Virus record (IMG/VR): IMGVR_UViG_3300032305_002044
Location: 1 to 64,000 of that record
DNA: 64,000 bases
From: a virus
Lineage: Duplodnaviria; Caudoviricetes
Direction: 5' to 3' (one strand)
Of the stretch, positions 31,905 to 42,490 are shown in pieces; within the stretch, counting starts at the first letter, position 1, and each line of letters begins with the position of its first letter. The notes beneath the pieces are model-generated. The model did not search any database and was not told the origin of the DNA. It saw nothing but the letters and a program-made list of their open reading frames with translations. The position numbers were made by a program, and so were the translations under genes.

Positions 31905-33500
31905 ATGAGTGAAACTCAACATCTCTTTTATGAAGAGGGTTCAGAAGAAGAGGAAGAATTCCTTGATGGTACAGCTACTGAGGATTCTTCTGATGAAGAA
32001 GAAATGGATGAGCTATCCAAAGAGTTTGTAAATAAACTTATTGATAATATGCTTGAGTTTATGGATGCTCTTGTAGGGCACTCCTTACATCCTTACCAGC
32101 TTCCTTTAGCACGTCGTATTATGGAATCGGTAATTATTAATGATGGCGAAGAGGTTACCGCCCTTGCAGCTCGTCAATCTGGAAAATCAGAGACCATTGC
32201 TAACACAGTAGCCACACTTATGGTTTTACTCCCACGCCTTGCCCAGATGTACCCAGACTTACTTGGGCAGTTTAAAAATGGTATCTGGATTGGTATGTTT
32301 GCTCCTGTTGAGGGCCAGGTAGAAACTTTGTTTGGTAGAACTGTAAATCGACTTACCTCTGAAAGAGCTCAAGAAATATTAGGTGATCCAGAGATTGATG
32401 ACTCTCTTGGAAAAGTCCCAGGTATTACACGCCAAATCAAACTTAAAAACTCTGGCAGTAGCCTTATGATGATGACAGCTAACCCTAGAGCAAAGATTGA
32501 ATCTAAGTCATTCCACCTCATTGTTATTGATGAGTGCCAGGGTGCAGATGACTTTATTGTTTCAAAGTCTATTAGCCCTATGCTTGCGTATTACTCGGGA
32601 ACTATGGTTAAGACTGGAACACCTACTAATGTTAAGAATAACTTTTATCGGTCTATTCAGTTAAACAAAAGACGCCAAACCAGCCGTGGAAAACGCCAAA
32701 ATCATTTTCAATGGGATTGGCGAGACGTATCTAAAGTTAACCCTAAATACGATAAATTCGTCCGTAAAGAAATGCTTCGCATTGGTGAAGACTCTGATGA
32801 GTTCCAGATGTCTTACAACTGCAAGTGGATGCTTGAAAAGGGTATGTTTGTTACATCTACTGTTATGGATGAACTTGGAGATACTAGCCAAGAAGTGGTA
32901 CGTGCTTGGCACCGTACGCCTGTGGTAGTTGGCATTGACCCTGCTCGAAAGATGGACAGCACAGTAGTTACCGTTGTCTGGGTAGACTGGGATCGGCCCG
33001 ATGAGTTTGGTTACTACGACCACCGCGTACTTAACTGGCTTGAAATTCAAGGCGACGATTGGGAAGATCAGTACTTTCAAATTGTAAACTTCCTAGCTAA
33101 CTACAACGTCCTTATTGTCGGAGTTGATGCAAATGGCGTTGGTGACGCAGTAGCTCAGCGCCTTAAGCTTCTTTTACCAAGAGCAGAAGTTGTTCCGTTA
33201 AGCAGTAGCCAGTCTGAGCAATCAAAGCGTTGGAAGCACCTAAAGGCTCTTATTGACCGTCGTATGATCGGATTTCCAGCCCACGCTAAAACTCGTAGAT
33301 TGCGTACATATAAACGTTTTTATCAGCAAATGACTGATTTAGAGACTAAATTTCAAGGACCTAACTTTACGGCGCAAGCGCCAGATGAAGCTCACGCACA
33401 TGATGACTTTGCTGATTCTTTAGCCATTGCATGCTGTTTAACACTAGATATGACCATGCCAGAAGCCGAAGTTTCTTCTTCACCATTTTTCTCTAGGTAG
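31905..33500 (+). CDS. terL: Terminase large subunit
   Basis: ARQSGKS Walker A, IVIDE Walker B, GTP coupling motif, VGIDPA nuclease motif, HDDFADSL. Confidence 0.95.
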   Translation: MSETQHLFYEEGSEEEEEFLDGTATEDSSDEEEMDELSKEFVNKLIDNMLEFMDALVGHSLHPYQLPLARRIMESVIINDGEEVTALAARQSGKSETIANTVATLMVLLPRLAQMYPDLLGQFKNGIWIGMFAPVEGQVETLFGRTVNRLTSERAQEILGDPEIDDSLGKVPGITRQIKLKNSGSSLMMMTANPRAKIESKSFHLIVIDECQGADDFIVSKSISPMLAYYSGTMVKTGTPTNVKNNFYRSIQLNKRRQTSRGKRQNHFQWDWRDVSKVNPKYDKFVRKEMLRIGEDSDEFQMSYNCKWMLEKGMFVTSTVMDELGDTSQEVVRAWHRTPVVVGIDPARKMDSTVVTVVWVDWDRPDEFGYYDHRVLNWLEIQGDDWEDQYFQIVNFLANYNVLIVGVDANGVGDAVAQRLKLLLPRAEVVPLSSSQSEQSKRWKHLKALIDRRMIGFPAHAKTRRLRTYKRFYQQMTDLETKFQGPNFTAQAPDEAHAHDDFADSLAIACCLTLDMTMPEAEVSSSPFFSR

Positions 33501-33585
33501 TTTGAGTTTACTCTGACTAAAGCCTCATTAACAGGGATAATTTTTAGTGAGGTACCTCAACCTTAACTTTAAGGAGATTCTCCAA

Positions 33586-33990
33586 ATGTCAATGAACATC
33601 GCACCTACGCCTCAGTTCCCTGAGCGTCCAGGTACTGTATACGACCGTACAATAAGCCCTGCCCTTCCAGGACAGCGCGGCCCACTTCGTTTTGAAGAAG
33701 GTCTTGCTACGGACACTGACGTTCCTATGGAATTCACCAAGGGAGCTATGCAGGGATACATTCCTGCCCCTGGTCGTCCAAACCATAACCAGAACGTTTT
33801 TGAAAAATACCCTGAAGAAACAATGCGCGAACGCGCTCACGTAGGCTCAGCAGCCTGGGTGGAAGCCCCAAGCGTTCTTCAAGATTTTGCAAGCAATGCG
33901 TTTGCAGATCATGGACAGAACGTATTTGAAGAGGTCTTCCGTGATGGTGGACACCAGTTCCGCCTAAACCCATCTGTCATTCAGGACTAA
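33586..33990 (+). CDS. Hypothetical (probably virion) protein
   Basis: SD AAGGAG; lies between terL and portal. Confidence 0.75.
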   Translation: MSMNIAPTPQFPERPGTVYDRTISPALPGQRGPLRFEEGLATDTDVPMEFTKGAMQGYIPAPGRPNHNQNVFEKYPEETMRERAHVGSAAWVEAPSVLQDFASNAFADHGQNVFEEVFRDGGHQFRLNPSVIQD

Positions 33991-34007
33991 TCCCGCTACC
34001 TGGGAAT

Positions 34008-34034
34008 TGCCCCCCGCTCACAAGGCGGGGGGCA
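34008..34034 (+). terminator. GC-rich hairpin
   Basis: TGCCCCCCGC/GCGGGGGGCA; weak T-tail. Confidence 0.5.
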
Positions 34035-34047
34035 CTTAGGATTTATT

Positions 34048-34356
34048 ATGGCTCTCATTCAAGGTAAAGCGGTTCAAGAAGGACCAAAACAACTTCCTGC
34101 TAACCCTAAATTGTGGAACATGTATGTTGCACAAGCTAAATCAAGGTTTAGAGTTTACCCGTCACCTGCGGCTGCCCACTGGGTTCATTCACACTACGCG
34201 CAAGTGGGTGGAAAGTTTGTTGATAAGAAAAGCCAAATTGATCCACGATTTAGAGATTACGTGCAAGAACGCATGGATGCTCAAATTGCAGCGAAAAAAG
34301 AAAAAGTTTCTAAACCAGTTGGGCGTAACATCTCTCGTGGAGAACGTTATCGTTAA
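34048..34356 (+). CDS. Hypothetical protein
   Basis: P.NPKLW....AK..F.VYPS..A..W....Y...GG. Confidence 0.7.
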   Translation: MALIQGKAVQEGPKQLPANPKLWNMYVAQAKSRFRVYPSPAAAHWVHSHYAQVGGKFVDKKSQIDPRFRDYVQERMDAQIAAKKEKVSKPVGRNISRGERYR

Positions 34357-34397
34357 TAGTATGCTAATATTTGTTAGATTAGAATTGAGGTAATTAG

Positions 34398-36134
34398 GTG
34401 AGTGTTGACTTTTCGCCCCCCAGTTATAGGGCGGCGTCATCTGACCTTACCATCTCAATTTCTCCTCTTGGTCTTGTGGAGCTTGCAGATGAAGAGTTTG
34501 AGGTTCACGGTCCTCGTTTAAACCGTTATTCCCTTAACTGGGCTATGTATTTAGGCCATCACGCATCTTACCGCCGTCAAGCGGGAGAAACCCAAATGGT
34601 GTTTAACTATTACCGAGCGTTTACTGATTACATTATTAACTTCTCGTTTAGTCATGGTTGCCATTTCCGTAGCCCTAAGCAAACTGAGGGAATTGTTCCT
34701 GACCTGCTTGAGCGCGTGTGGTCACAAGATAACGATAAAGGCACCGTTCTTTGGGAAATGGGCCAGCAAGGCGCAGTTTCAGGCGATTGTTTTGTCAAAG
34801 TTGCCTATGAAGAAGCTTATGAAGATTCCGTAGGACGTGCGCATGCTGGTAAAGTCCGCATTCTTCCCCTTAATGCATCGTTTTGTTTCCCCGAGTTCCA
34901 TCCGCATGACCGCGAGCGGTTAATCCGTTTCAAGCTAAAGTACCGTTTCTGGGGCACCTCGCTTGAAGGAACTCGGCAGGTTTTTACATATACTGAAATT
35001 CTTACCGATGACATTATTGAGGAATATATTAACGATGAACTTATTGACTCACGCCCAAACCCACTCGGAGTTATCCCAGTTATTCACATTCCTAATGTTC
35101 GGGTTTCTGGTTCCCCTTGGGGGCTTTCTGATTGCCATGACATCATTCCTGTTAACCGTACCTATAATGAAGTTTCAACAGATATTGCAGATATCGTTAA
35201 TTATCATGCTGCTCCTGTTACTGTCATCATCGGAGCCAAGGCTAATCAACTAGAAAAGGGCGCTAACAAGGTATGGGGCGGTCTTCCTAAAGATGCTCGT
35301 GTAGAAAACCTTGAAGGTGGCGCACAGGGTCTAAAGGGCGCTATGGATTTCCTAGCCCTTATGAAAAAAGCTATGCATGAACTTACTGGCGTTCCAGAAA
35401 CCGCACTTGGTATGGCCCAGCCTATTTCTAACACTTCTGGTGTTGCGCTTTCTATTCAGTTCCAGCCATTAATGAACAAGTGGAACCAAAAGATTACTCA
35501 GTACTCTCGCGGCATTCAGCGTATTAATGAACTTATTATTCTTAACCTTGCCATCAAGGAACCTGACACCATGATGTGGAACCCTCTACTTGAGGGCGGG
35601 CTTGCTCAGGGCGAAGCTCAAATGCTTGATATTAATGATCCGTTAACCTATCAAAACTTTGTACACTTCTTGCCACCATTACCTTTGGATAAGTTAATTG
35701 TGCTTAACGAAGTACAGACCAAGATGTCTTTGGGTCTGGAGTCAAAGGCTGGCGCTCTTCGTGCCCTTGGTGAAGAGTTCCCATACGAGAAGCTAGATGA
35801 GATTCGTGTTGAACTCCTAGCTGATGCTAAGGCCGATGGAGCCGTCAAACTGGTACAAACCCAGATTGAAAACACCATTGCTGAACTTACTGGCATGCTT
35901 TCTGGCGGCCTTGGCGGTCAACCAGTTCCTATGGCGCCTGGACAACCTGGCGGTCCTCCAGCAGGAAAAGAAGGCGAAGGATTACCTCCAATGCCTATGC
36001 CAATTATTGACCAAGCAACTATTGCGTCTGAGCAAGCTGAACAGCAGCTCCGCATTGACTTGGTAACAAGAGCTTACGGTACTACTCTGCCAAACAGAAG
36101 AGCACCGTCAGGCGAAGGAAATACTAAATATTAA
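34398..36134 (+). CDS. Portal protein
   Basis: Position and size; NPLG.IP..H.PN, SGVAL motifs. Confidence 0.9.
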   Translation: MSVDFSPPSYRAASSDLTISISPLGLVELADEEFEVHGPRLNRYSLNWAMYLGHHASYRRQAGETQMVFNYYRAFTDYIINFSFSHGCHFRSPKQTEGIVPDLLERVWSQDNDKGTVLWEMGQQGAVSGDCFVKVAYEEAYEDSVGRAHAGKVRILPLNASFCFPEFHPHDRERLIRFKLKYRFWGTSLEGTRQVFTYTEILTDDIIEEYINDELIDSRPNPLGVIPVIHIPNVRVSGSPWGLSDCHDIIPVNRTYNEVSTDIADIVNYHAAPVTVIIGAKANQLEKGANKVWGGLPKDARVENLEGGAQGLKGAMDFLALMKKAMHELTGVPETALGMAQPISNTSGVALSIQFQPLMNKWNQKITQYSRGIQRINELIILNLAIKEPDTMMWNPLLEGGLAQGEAQMLDINDPLTYQNFVHFLPPLPLDKLIVLNEVQTKMSLGLESKAGALRALGEEFPYEKLDEIRVELLADAKADGAVKLVQTQIENTIAELTGMLSGGLGGQPVPMAPGQPGGPPAGKEGEGLPPMPMPIIDQATIASEQAEQQLRIDLVTRAYGTTLPNRRAPSGEGNTKY

Positions 36135-36257
36135 GGGTTTAGTAAGACAAACCCTGTTCTTCGTACAAAAATGAATATATAAACAATTGTTCGGTCATAC
36201 GTGATACGGGGCTTGCCCCATTTGGATAACGACCCAGAGAATACTTAAGGAAATAGT

Positions 36258-37049
36258 ATGGAAACATCTGTAAATGCAGATATGGAAGCTTTTACCGCTG
36301 AAGCGGAAGCAGTTTCTAATGTCGCACCTCCAGTAGCAGCAACAACGGGCGTTGACGCACCCGCTGCTACCTCAGAAACAAGGTCAAAGTTCTACACTGA
36401 AGATGATTTGGCTAAAGTTCGAAGTCAAGAAAAAGAAAAGCTCTACCCTCAGATTGATAAGCTCAAGGAAGAACTTGATCTTATTAAGCGCGATCGTGAA
36501 GCAGAAATTGCTGCAAAGCAAGCTGAAGCGGACGCAAAAGCGGCTGAAAAGAAGCTAAAAGCTGAGGAAGAACTTGAAGTCCGCGACCTTCTAAAGGTTA
36601 AGGAACAAGAACTAATGGAGCAGCTGGACCGTGAGCGCCAAGAGCGCGAACGAGCTTTTGCTCTTCTGGATCGTGAAAGAGCATTCACAGAGTTAACTAA
36701 CTACCGCAATCAGCGCGTCGAACAAGAACGGGATGCTATTATTCCTGAACTTGTAGACTTGATTGACGGCAACACGCAAGAAGAAATTGAACAAAGTATC
36801 GCGGGACTAAAAGACCGCTCGTCCCGTATCCTTGAATCAGCACAGCAAGCAATGCAGGCTGCTCGCAGGGATATGACTGGGACGAGGGTAACCACGCCCC
36901 CAGATGCTGGACCTATGGACGTCAATACGGGCACTAGACAGTTTACGGCTGAAGATATTTCATCCATGTCGTTGAATGATTACGCAAAATACAGAAGCCA
37001 GCTATTGAGCCCAGAAGCTCAAGGTCGGTCAAAGGGCTTGTTCGGTTAA
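36258..37049 (+). CDS. Capsid scaffolding protein
   Basis: Acidic coiled coil directly upstream of the MCP; C-terminal MS..DYAKYR. Confidence 0.8.
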   Translation: METSVNADMEAFTAEAEAVSNVAPPVAATTGVDAPAATSETRSKFYTEDDLAKVRSQEKEKLYPQIDKLKEELDLIKRDREAEIAAKQAEADAKAAEKKLKAEEELEVRDLLKVKEQELMEQLDRERQERERAFALLDRERAFTELTNYRNQRVEQERDAIIPELVDLIDGNTQEEIEQSIAGLKDRSSRILESAQQAMQAARRDMTGTRVTTPPDAGPMDVNTGTRQFTAEDISSMSLNDYAKYRSQLLSPEAQGRSKGLFG

Positions 37050-37091
37050 TACCACCCATAAACCCATAAACAACAAACAAGGAGTCCATTC

Positions 37092-38162
37092 GTGGCTAGC
37101 GCACTAACGGGAACAGGCAATCTTGCCGCATCCCCAACAGCCTATTCAGGCACAAACAGCCAACTGACTCAAGCAATCCAGCAAATCTGGTCGAAGGAAA
37201 TCCTCTTCCAGGCTATGCCGATTCTACGCTTTGAGCAGTTTGCAGTAAAGAAGACCGAACTAGGTGTTGCACCTGGTCTTCAGATCAATTTCATGCGTTA
37301 CAACAACCTTGGCTTTGCACAGCCATTGGTTGAAGGCGTTCGCATGACCACAAATGCTTTGACTGCACAGCAGTTCAGCATCACCGTTTCAGAGCATGGC
37401 TATGCACTTGCTGTATCTGAACTTTTGCTTAATGCTTCTTTTGATGACGTAATGGCTTCTGCCTCACGTCTTCTAGGTCGCAACATGGCAATCTACCTAG
37501 ACCAGATTTCCCGCGATACACTTTACGGTGCTACCTCGGTAATCTACGGTTACGACCGTTCTGGCCTATCAGCAGTTAACAACTGGTACGACAAGGGTAC
37601 AAAGGGTTCCAGCCGCGCAGCAATGACTGGTAACTTTGCCCTAACAACCGCAACCGTTAAGGATGCAGTTGAGACCCTAGCAACCAAGAATATCCCAAGA
37701 TTGGGCGAAACCTACGTTGCATTCGTACACCCTCACCAGAGCCGTGCTCTTCGTGACAACCCTGAATTCATTGAAGTATCGAAGTATGCCGCTCCTGGTA
37801 ACTTCATGCTTGGTGAAATCGGCCGTTTGTTTGACACCGTGTTCATTGAGACCACTCAGGTTCTCAAGGTTCCAGGTGGCGCAGGCACTTCCTACACTGC
37901 TGACACTGCAGTTTCAACTCCTGTTGTTTCTGCTGGTGGTGGCTACACAACCCCTAACACATTCACTGGCAACGGTGCATCTGACCGCTACAGCGCTATC
38001 TTCATTGGAGACAACGCTTTTGGTCACGCTATCTCACTTCCTGTTGAATTGCGTGATGGTGGTATCCTGGACTTCGGTCGTGAGCATGCATTAGCATGGT
38101 ACTCAATCTTCGGATTGGGCCTTATCACCGATCAGGCAATCGTAGTTGCAGAAACCAACTAG
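37092..38162 (+). CDS. Major capsid protein (N4-gp56-like, HK97 fold)
   Basis: FEQFA, L.EG, FVHP.Q...LR, GEIG; strong SD and terminator. Confidence 0.92.
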   Translation: MASALTGTGNLAASPTAYSGTNSQLTQAIQQIWSKEILFQAMPILRFEQFAVKKTELGVAPGLQINFMRYNNLGFAQPLVEGVRMTTNALTAQQFSITVSEHGYALAVSELLLNASFDDVMASASRLLGRNMAIYLDQISRDTLYGATSVIYGYDRSGLSAVNNWYDKGTKGSSRAAMTGNFALTTATVKDAVETLATKNIPRLGETYVAFVHPHQSRALRDNPEFIEVSKYAAPGNFMLGEIGRLFDTVFIETTQVLKVPGGAGTSYTADTAVSTPVVSAGGGYTTPNTFTGNGASDRYSAIFIGDNAFGHAISLPVELRDGGILDFGREHALAWYSIFGLGLITDQAIVVAETN

Positions 38163-38172
38163 TAAGACCCCT

Positions 38173-38205
38173 TGAGGGGGGCCTTCGGGCCCCCCTCATT
38201 CTTTT
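38173..38205 (+). terminator. Terminator after the MCP
   Basis: TGAGGGGGGCC-TTCG-GGCCCCCCTCA-TTCTTTT. Confidence 0.85.
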
Positions 38206-38234
38206 AACAGACACTAACATTGGAGAAAACAATC

Positions 38235-38606
38235 ATGGCAACAGCAAAAGCAAAGCCTACCGACGCAACTGGTCGTCAGCGTGAAAAGCTAATGAAAGAG
38301 AATGAAGAAGCTATTCAGATCGCTGCAGAAACCACAGCAATGGCAACTGCTCAAAAGCAGAATGCTATTAATAACGATATTATTGATGCAACCAAACCAA
38401 CTCAAGTAGCAACCGTCGTAGTTGACGAAGCAACCGTAGTGGCTAAGGGTGACGACACTGTCACCATTCGCGTTGTTGAAACTATTGAAAACATGACTTT
38501 TGGAGCGGGAAATATGTTCACGTTCGTAGCAGGTCAAAAGTACCAGGTCCAAAGAGACCTTGCTCGTCACCTTGAAGAAAAAGGTTACTTAGCTGGAGTT
38601 ATCTAG
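38235..38606 (+). CDS. Hypothetical head-associated protein
   Basis: SD GGAG; position after the MCP. Confidence 0.7.
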   Translation: MATAKAKPTDATGRQREKLMKENEEAIQIAAETTAMATAQKQNAINNDIIDATKPTQVATVVVDEATVVAKGDDTVTIRVVETIENMTFGAGNMFTFVAGQKYQVQRDLARHLEEKGYLAGVI

Positions 38607-38619
38607 CAAGTGTCGGGGG

Positions 38620-38649
38620 TAGCGGGCTGCGGCCCGCTATTTCTGTTTT
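38620..38649 (+). terminator. Terminator
   Basis: TAGCGGGC-TGCG-GCCCGCTA-TTTCTGTTTT. Confidence 0.7.
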
Positions 38650-38713
38650 AGGCAGTAATTGCCTATGAAATAGGGCATTATTTATTAGAGTGTAAATTAC
38701 CAAGGGAGCATTT

Positions 38714-40291
38714 GTGGCAGTCCTTTCTGACCTATTGTCTAAAGTTCGCCTAGAACTTGGGGATAACGCAACTCAGTTCACCACTAACTTAACTGGTACT
38801 GGCTCCATTAAAGATTTTTATTTAGACGTTAAACCTGTAGATGCTACTTATCTTGTAGTTACTGTAAATGGCGTAGCTCAAGCTAACCCTACAAATTTCA
38901 CAGTTGAAGAAAACCTTGGTGTTATTCACTTTAATTCGGCTTCAACAACCAAAACGGGCTCTGGTGGCGGAGCGGGAACTAGCAGCTTTACGGTAAACAA
39001 TACAACAGGAATTGTTGTAGGTATGTCAATAACAGGCACGGGTATTGCTACAACCGCCATGGTTTCTTCTATTACAGGCTCTACTATAGTAAACGTATCT
39101 GTGGTTAATACTGGAGCGGTTTCTGGCACTGTTACATTTACTCAAATTCCAAAAAATGGGGCTCCAATCGTAGTCTCAGGAGTTCATTACCGATACTTTA
39201 CTAGTGCTGAGCTTACTACGTTCCTCAATACAGCCGTTCTGCAGCACACAGACAACCGTACAGACTCTTATGGTAGTAATATTACTATTGCTTCTATTCC
39301 TCCCGTAGAAGAGTACCCAGTGGCTATTTTGGCTACTGTAGAGGCTCTATGGGCACTTGCTACAGATGCAGCGTTTGACATTAATATTACTGCCCCTGAT
39401 GGCGTTGTAATCCCCCGTAATCAGCGTTTTGCCCAATTGTCCATGATCATTCAAGCTCGTAAAGAACAATATCGTGAGCTTTGCGCTGCTCTTAATGTGG
39501 GCCTATGGCGTATTGAAATGGGTATTTTACGCCGCATTTCTCGCACTACTAATAAATTAGTGCCTGTTTATATGCCTCAAGAAATTGATGATAGGACTAA
39601 ACCAGAACGCGTTTACATTGAAAACAACATGAAGGGGCGTACACCGCCTCCGAGCAATGTTGGCGTTTACGATATTATTCTTACTCAAGGTGATACTTGG
39701 AGTACTACTTTTGACTTCCCACTTAATCTTACTGATTATCTTGTTAAAGCTCAAATACGCACCTATCCAGAATCGCCAGTTCTTTCCGCAGAATTTACTG
39801 TTACAACTGTTACCGCAACAACTGGCGTAGTTACTTTAAGCTTAACCTCAGATCAAACCGAAGACTTACCGCTTAAATCTTTTTGGGATGTTCAAGTTTA
39901 TAAAGCTGATGGGTCGTTTAACCAAACTTATGTAAGAGGTTTAGTATTTGCTAACCGCGCAGTTACAGATGAAAACAATGTTGTAAGTACTCCATTAGCT
40001 GCTCCTACGTTTATTGCATCCACCCCACCTGCGGGTACTCGCACTGTAGCGTACTCATATCAATTCCTTGCTACTGGTCCTGATCCTCTATTTTATGTTC
40101 AAACAGGTACATTACCAACAGGTTTAAGCCTGGGTAGTACGGGTCTCTTAAGTGGTATACCTACTACGGCAGGTACGTATAACTTTACAATTCGTGTATA
40201 TAACTCAGGTTTAGTGTTTACCACTGCACAATCAACTTTGCCATTAAGTACTTTATTTACTGATTTAGCAGTTTCTGTGGTGATTAGTTAA
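38714..40291 (+). CDS. Head-tail adaptor (neck) protein with inserted beta and C-terminal Ig-like domains
   Basis: VRLELGD...YFT..EL..F adaptor pattern; QGD.W...F; LPTGLSL..TGLLSG.PT..GTY.FTI. Confidence 0.7.
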   Translation: MAVLSDLLSKVRLELGDNATQFTTNLTGTGSIKDFYLDVKPVDATYLVVTVNGVAQANPTNFTVEENLGVIHFNSASTTKTGSGGGAGTSSFTVNNTTGIVVGMSITGTGIATTAMVSSITGSTIVNVSVVNTGAVSGTVTFTQIPKNGAPIVVSGVHYRYFTSAELTTFLNTAVLQHTDNRTDSYGSNITIASIPPVEEYPVAILATVEALWALATDAAFDINITAPDGVVIPRNQRFAQLSMIIQARKEQYRELCAALNVGLWRIEMGILRRISRTTNKLVPVYMPQEIDDRTKPERVYIENNMKGRTPPPSNVGVYDIILTQGDTWSTTFDFPLNLTDYLVKAQIRTYPESPVLSAEFTVTTVTATTGVVTLSLTSDQTEDLPLKSFWDVQVYKADGSFNQTYVRGLVFANRAVTDENNVVSTPLAAPTFIASTPPAGTRTVAYSYQFLATGPDPLFYVQTGTLPTGLSLGSTGLLSGIPTTAGTYNFTIRVYNSGLVFTTAQSTLPLSTLFTDLAVSVVIS

Positions 40292-41832
40292 TGAGTGAAG
40301 AAATAGTTGTAGTTACTCCAATTCCTAGTAGTACCGTAGTTGTAAACCCTCCAACAGGTAGTACTAGTGCTAGCACTGTTGTAGATGTAAATGCCGCTTC
40401 TGTTGGTCCACAAGGTCCTACTGGTCCAACTGGTCCTAAAGGAAATTACACTGTTTCAGAGACCGAACCCGTAAACCCAATAGTTGGTGACACTTGGTTT
40501 AAATCTTCTACTGCTCAAATGTATTTAAGATACGATGGTTACTGGGTAGAGACTTCTACAAGTTATTTAGGTCCTGACCAAAAAGCAGCTAAAGTTCTTT
40601 ATGTGGATACGGATGGTAGTGACAGTAATGATGGAAAATCTGTCGGTAAAGCAAAACGTACTATTAAATCTGCCTTAGATTACGTAGCTTCGTTAGGTGT
40701 TGCAGGTAAAAACTATACTGTCTTTATTAAAAGTGGAGACTATACAGAAATTAACCCAATAACTATTCCAGAAAAAGTTGCACTTGTTGGAGATAGTTTA
40801 CGAACCGTAACTATTAGACCACAATACCCTGATAGGGACATTTTTTATGTAAGTGATGGATGTTACATAACTGAGGTAACTTTTAGAGACCATGTACAAC
40901 CTGCAAATCCAAATCCAAATGCAGATGGAAGTGGCGGAGCAGCAATTGCCTATAAGCCGCATGTTGGAGACCTTAGCCTCAGACCAGAAATTAGGCAAAG
41001 TCCTTATGTTTACAACTGCTCATCTATTACAACTACTGGTACAGGTATGCGTATTGATGGAAACCACGTTGGTGGCGGAAAGTCTATGCTTGCTGCTCAA
41101 TACACTCAAATTAACCAAAATGGAAAAGGCATACATATTCTAAATAAAGGATATGCGCAGTTAATTGGAATTTACACCATTTGCTGTGATATTGGAATTC
41201 TTTGTGAGAGTGGTGGATTCTGCTCCCTTATTGGTTCTGACACTAGCTTTGGTAACATAGGTCTTAAAGCATCTGGTGTAAGTAATATTCTTTACACAGG
41301 AACAGCTCCTGCAGTTAGTGTAAACGCCACTAGTGTAACTATTACAAATATTAGAAATTCTGATACAAACGCTCTTCAAATTCCTTATGCTAACAACGTA
41401 GTATCTTTTGAGGAACCTCGTAGTCCTGATACCCGTAAGTTTTACACAATTAAAAAAATAGAAAATGCGTCAGCAGGGACAGCAAAACTAACTTTTGCTG
41501 AAAGAATATCAACTCCAGTTGCAGCAAGTGCAACCGCATATTTCTATCAATCAAGTAGAATTACGGCTGCTGGTCATACTTTTGAGTACGCTGGCTCAGG
41601 AGTCAATTTAACAACAGCACTTCCTCAGGCAGGTGGAATTCCAAATCAAGAGCTTGAAATTAAAGAAGAATACGGCGGTCAAGTTTACCGAACTAGTACA
41701 GACCAACTTGGTGACTTTAGAATTGGAAATGATCTAGTAATTAACCGAGGCACTGGAGACATTACTGGAGTTGCCTTTGATAGAAGTTTGTTTGCCGTTC
41801 TTACCCCTTACATCTTAGCGCTTGAGAGTTAA
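40291..41832 (+). CDS. Fibre or spike protein with a collagen-like stretch and beta-helix domain
   Basis: GPQGPTGPTGP; LYV...G.D.NDG.S...AK.TI..A; SPYV.NC. Confidence 0.7.
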   Translation: MSEEIVVVTPIPSSTVVVNPPTGSTSASTVVDVNAASVGPQGPTGPTGPKGNYTVSETEPVNPIVGDTWFKSSTAQMYLRYDGYWVETSTSYLGPDQKAAKVLYVDTDGSDSNDGKSVGKAKRTIKSALDYVASLGVAGKNYTVFIKSGDYTEINPITIPEKVALVGDSLRTVTIRPQYPDRDIFYVSDGCYITEVTFRDHVQPANPNPNADGSGGAAIAYKPHVGDLSLRPEIRQSPYVYNCSSITTTGTGMRIDGNHVGGGKSMLAAQYTQINQNGKGIHILNKGYAQLIGIYTICCDIGILCESGGFCSLIGSDTSFGNIGLKASGVSNILYTGTAPAVSVNATSVTITNIRNSDTNALQIPYANNVVSFEEPRSPDTRKFYTIKKIENASAGTAKLTFAERISTPVAASATAYFYQSSRITAAGHTFEYAGSGVNLTTALPQAGGIPNQELEIKEEYGGQVYRTSTDQLGDFRIGNDLVINRGTGDITGVAFDRSLFAVLTPYILALES

Positions 41833-42134
41833 TGATGAAAAAATTTGACCCAGCAACTATGCCAGAAACTACTTCACCCACTGTAAGGGCGCTTAGAACT
41901 TTTGTTGAACGATCTATTGAAAATGAAATAGATAAAATTACTTTACTTTACGGGGACAAAACAGCAGAGATTGTAGAAAAATCTTTACGTGCAGTTACTT
42001 TTCAAATCTTTCACAAAAATCCAAAAGTACATACTGAAGCTATAGAAGACCCTTGTGCTTTTGATGATGCAATTAAAAAACTGTTTAACATTACTCCAGA
42101 TGAGTTTTTAATAGACCTAGATGTTAAGGAATAA
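41832..42134 (+). CDS. Stand-alone glutamyl-tRNA reductase (HemA) dimerisation-domain-like protein
   Basis: PTVRALR..V....E.EI...VEKSLR.V...I.H..P...F.DAI.KLF.I. Confidence 0.55.
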   Translation: MMKKFDPATMPETTSPTVRALRTFVERSIENEIDKITLLYGDKTAEIVEKSLRAVTFQIFHKNPKVHTEAIEDPCAFDDAIKKLFNITPDEFLIDLDVKE

Positions 42135-42136
42135 CT

Positions 42137-42490
42137 ATGGCACTAAATACATTTAAGACTAGAACTTTGGCACTATCAACGACTTCTACACTAGTGTACA
42201 CTGCTCCTGAAAACTACACTTCCATTATTATTATGGCGCAGGTTAGCAACGTAAACGTATCTGGCTCTGCAGTTAGCGTAACTGTATCTCACCGTAACGT
42301 TTCAGATGACCTTGTGCCTGTTACAACTGACACTCAGTTGGTACAAGGTTTTAGCATTCCAGTAAATGACTCGGCATCTGTAATAACAGGTAAATTAGTA
42401 TTAGAACAAAAACAATCTGTGGTGGCCTCAGCAAGCGCAACTAATTCTGCAAAAATAATCCTTAGCATATTGGAGACCTTGAATGGCTAG
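42137..42490 (+). CDS. Small virion beta-sandwich protein
   Basis: VYTAP...IP......GKLVLE...LS.LE pattern. Confidence 0.7.
   Translation: MALNTFKTRTLALSTTSTLVYTAPENYTSIIIMAQVSNVNVSGSAVSVTVSHRNVSDDLVPVTTDTQLVQGFSIPVNDSASVITGKLVLEQKQSVVASASATNSAKIILSILETLNG

Noticed and set aside
31464-31922. 152-aa minus-strand ORF upstream of terL
   Set aside because: Antisense to coupled plus-strand genes, with an implausible composition
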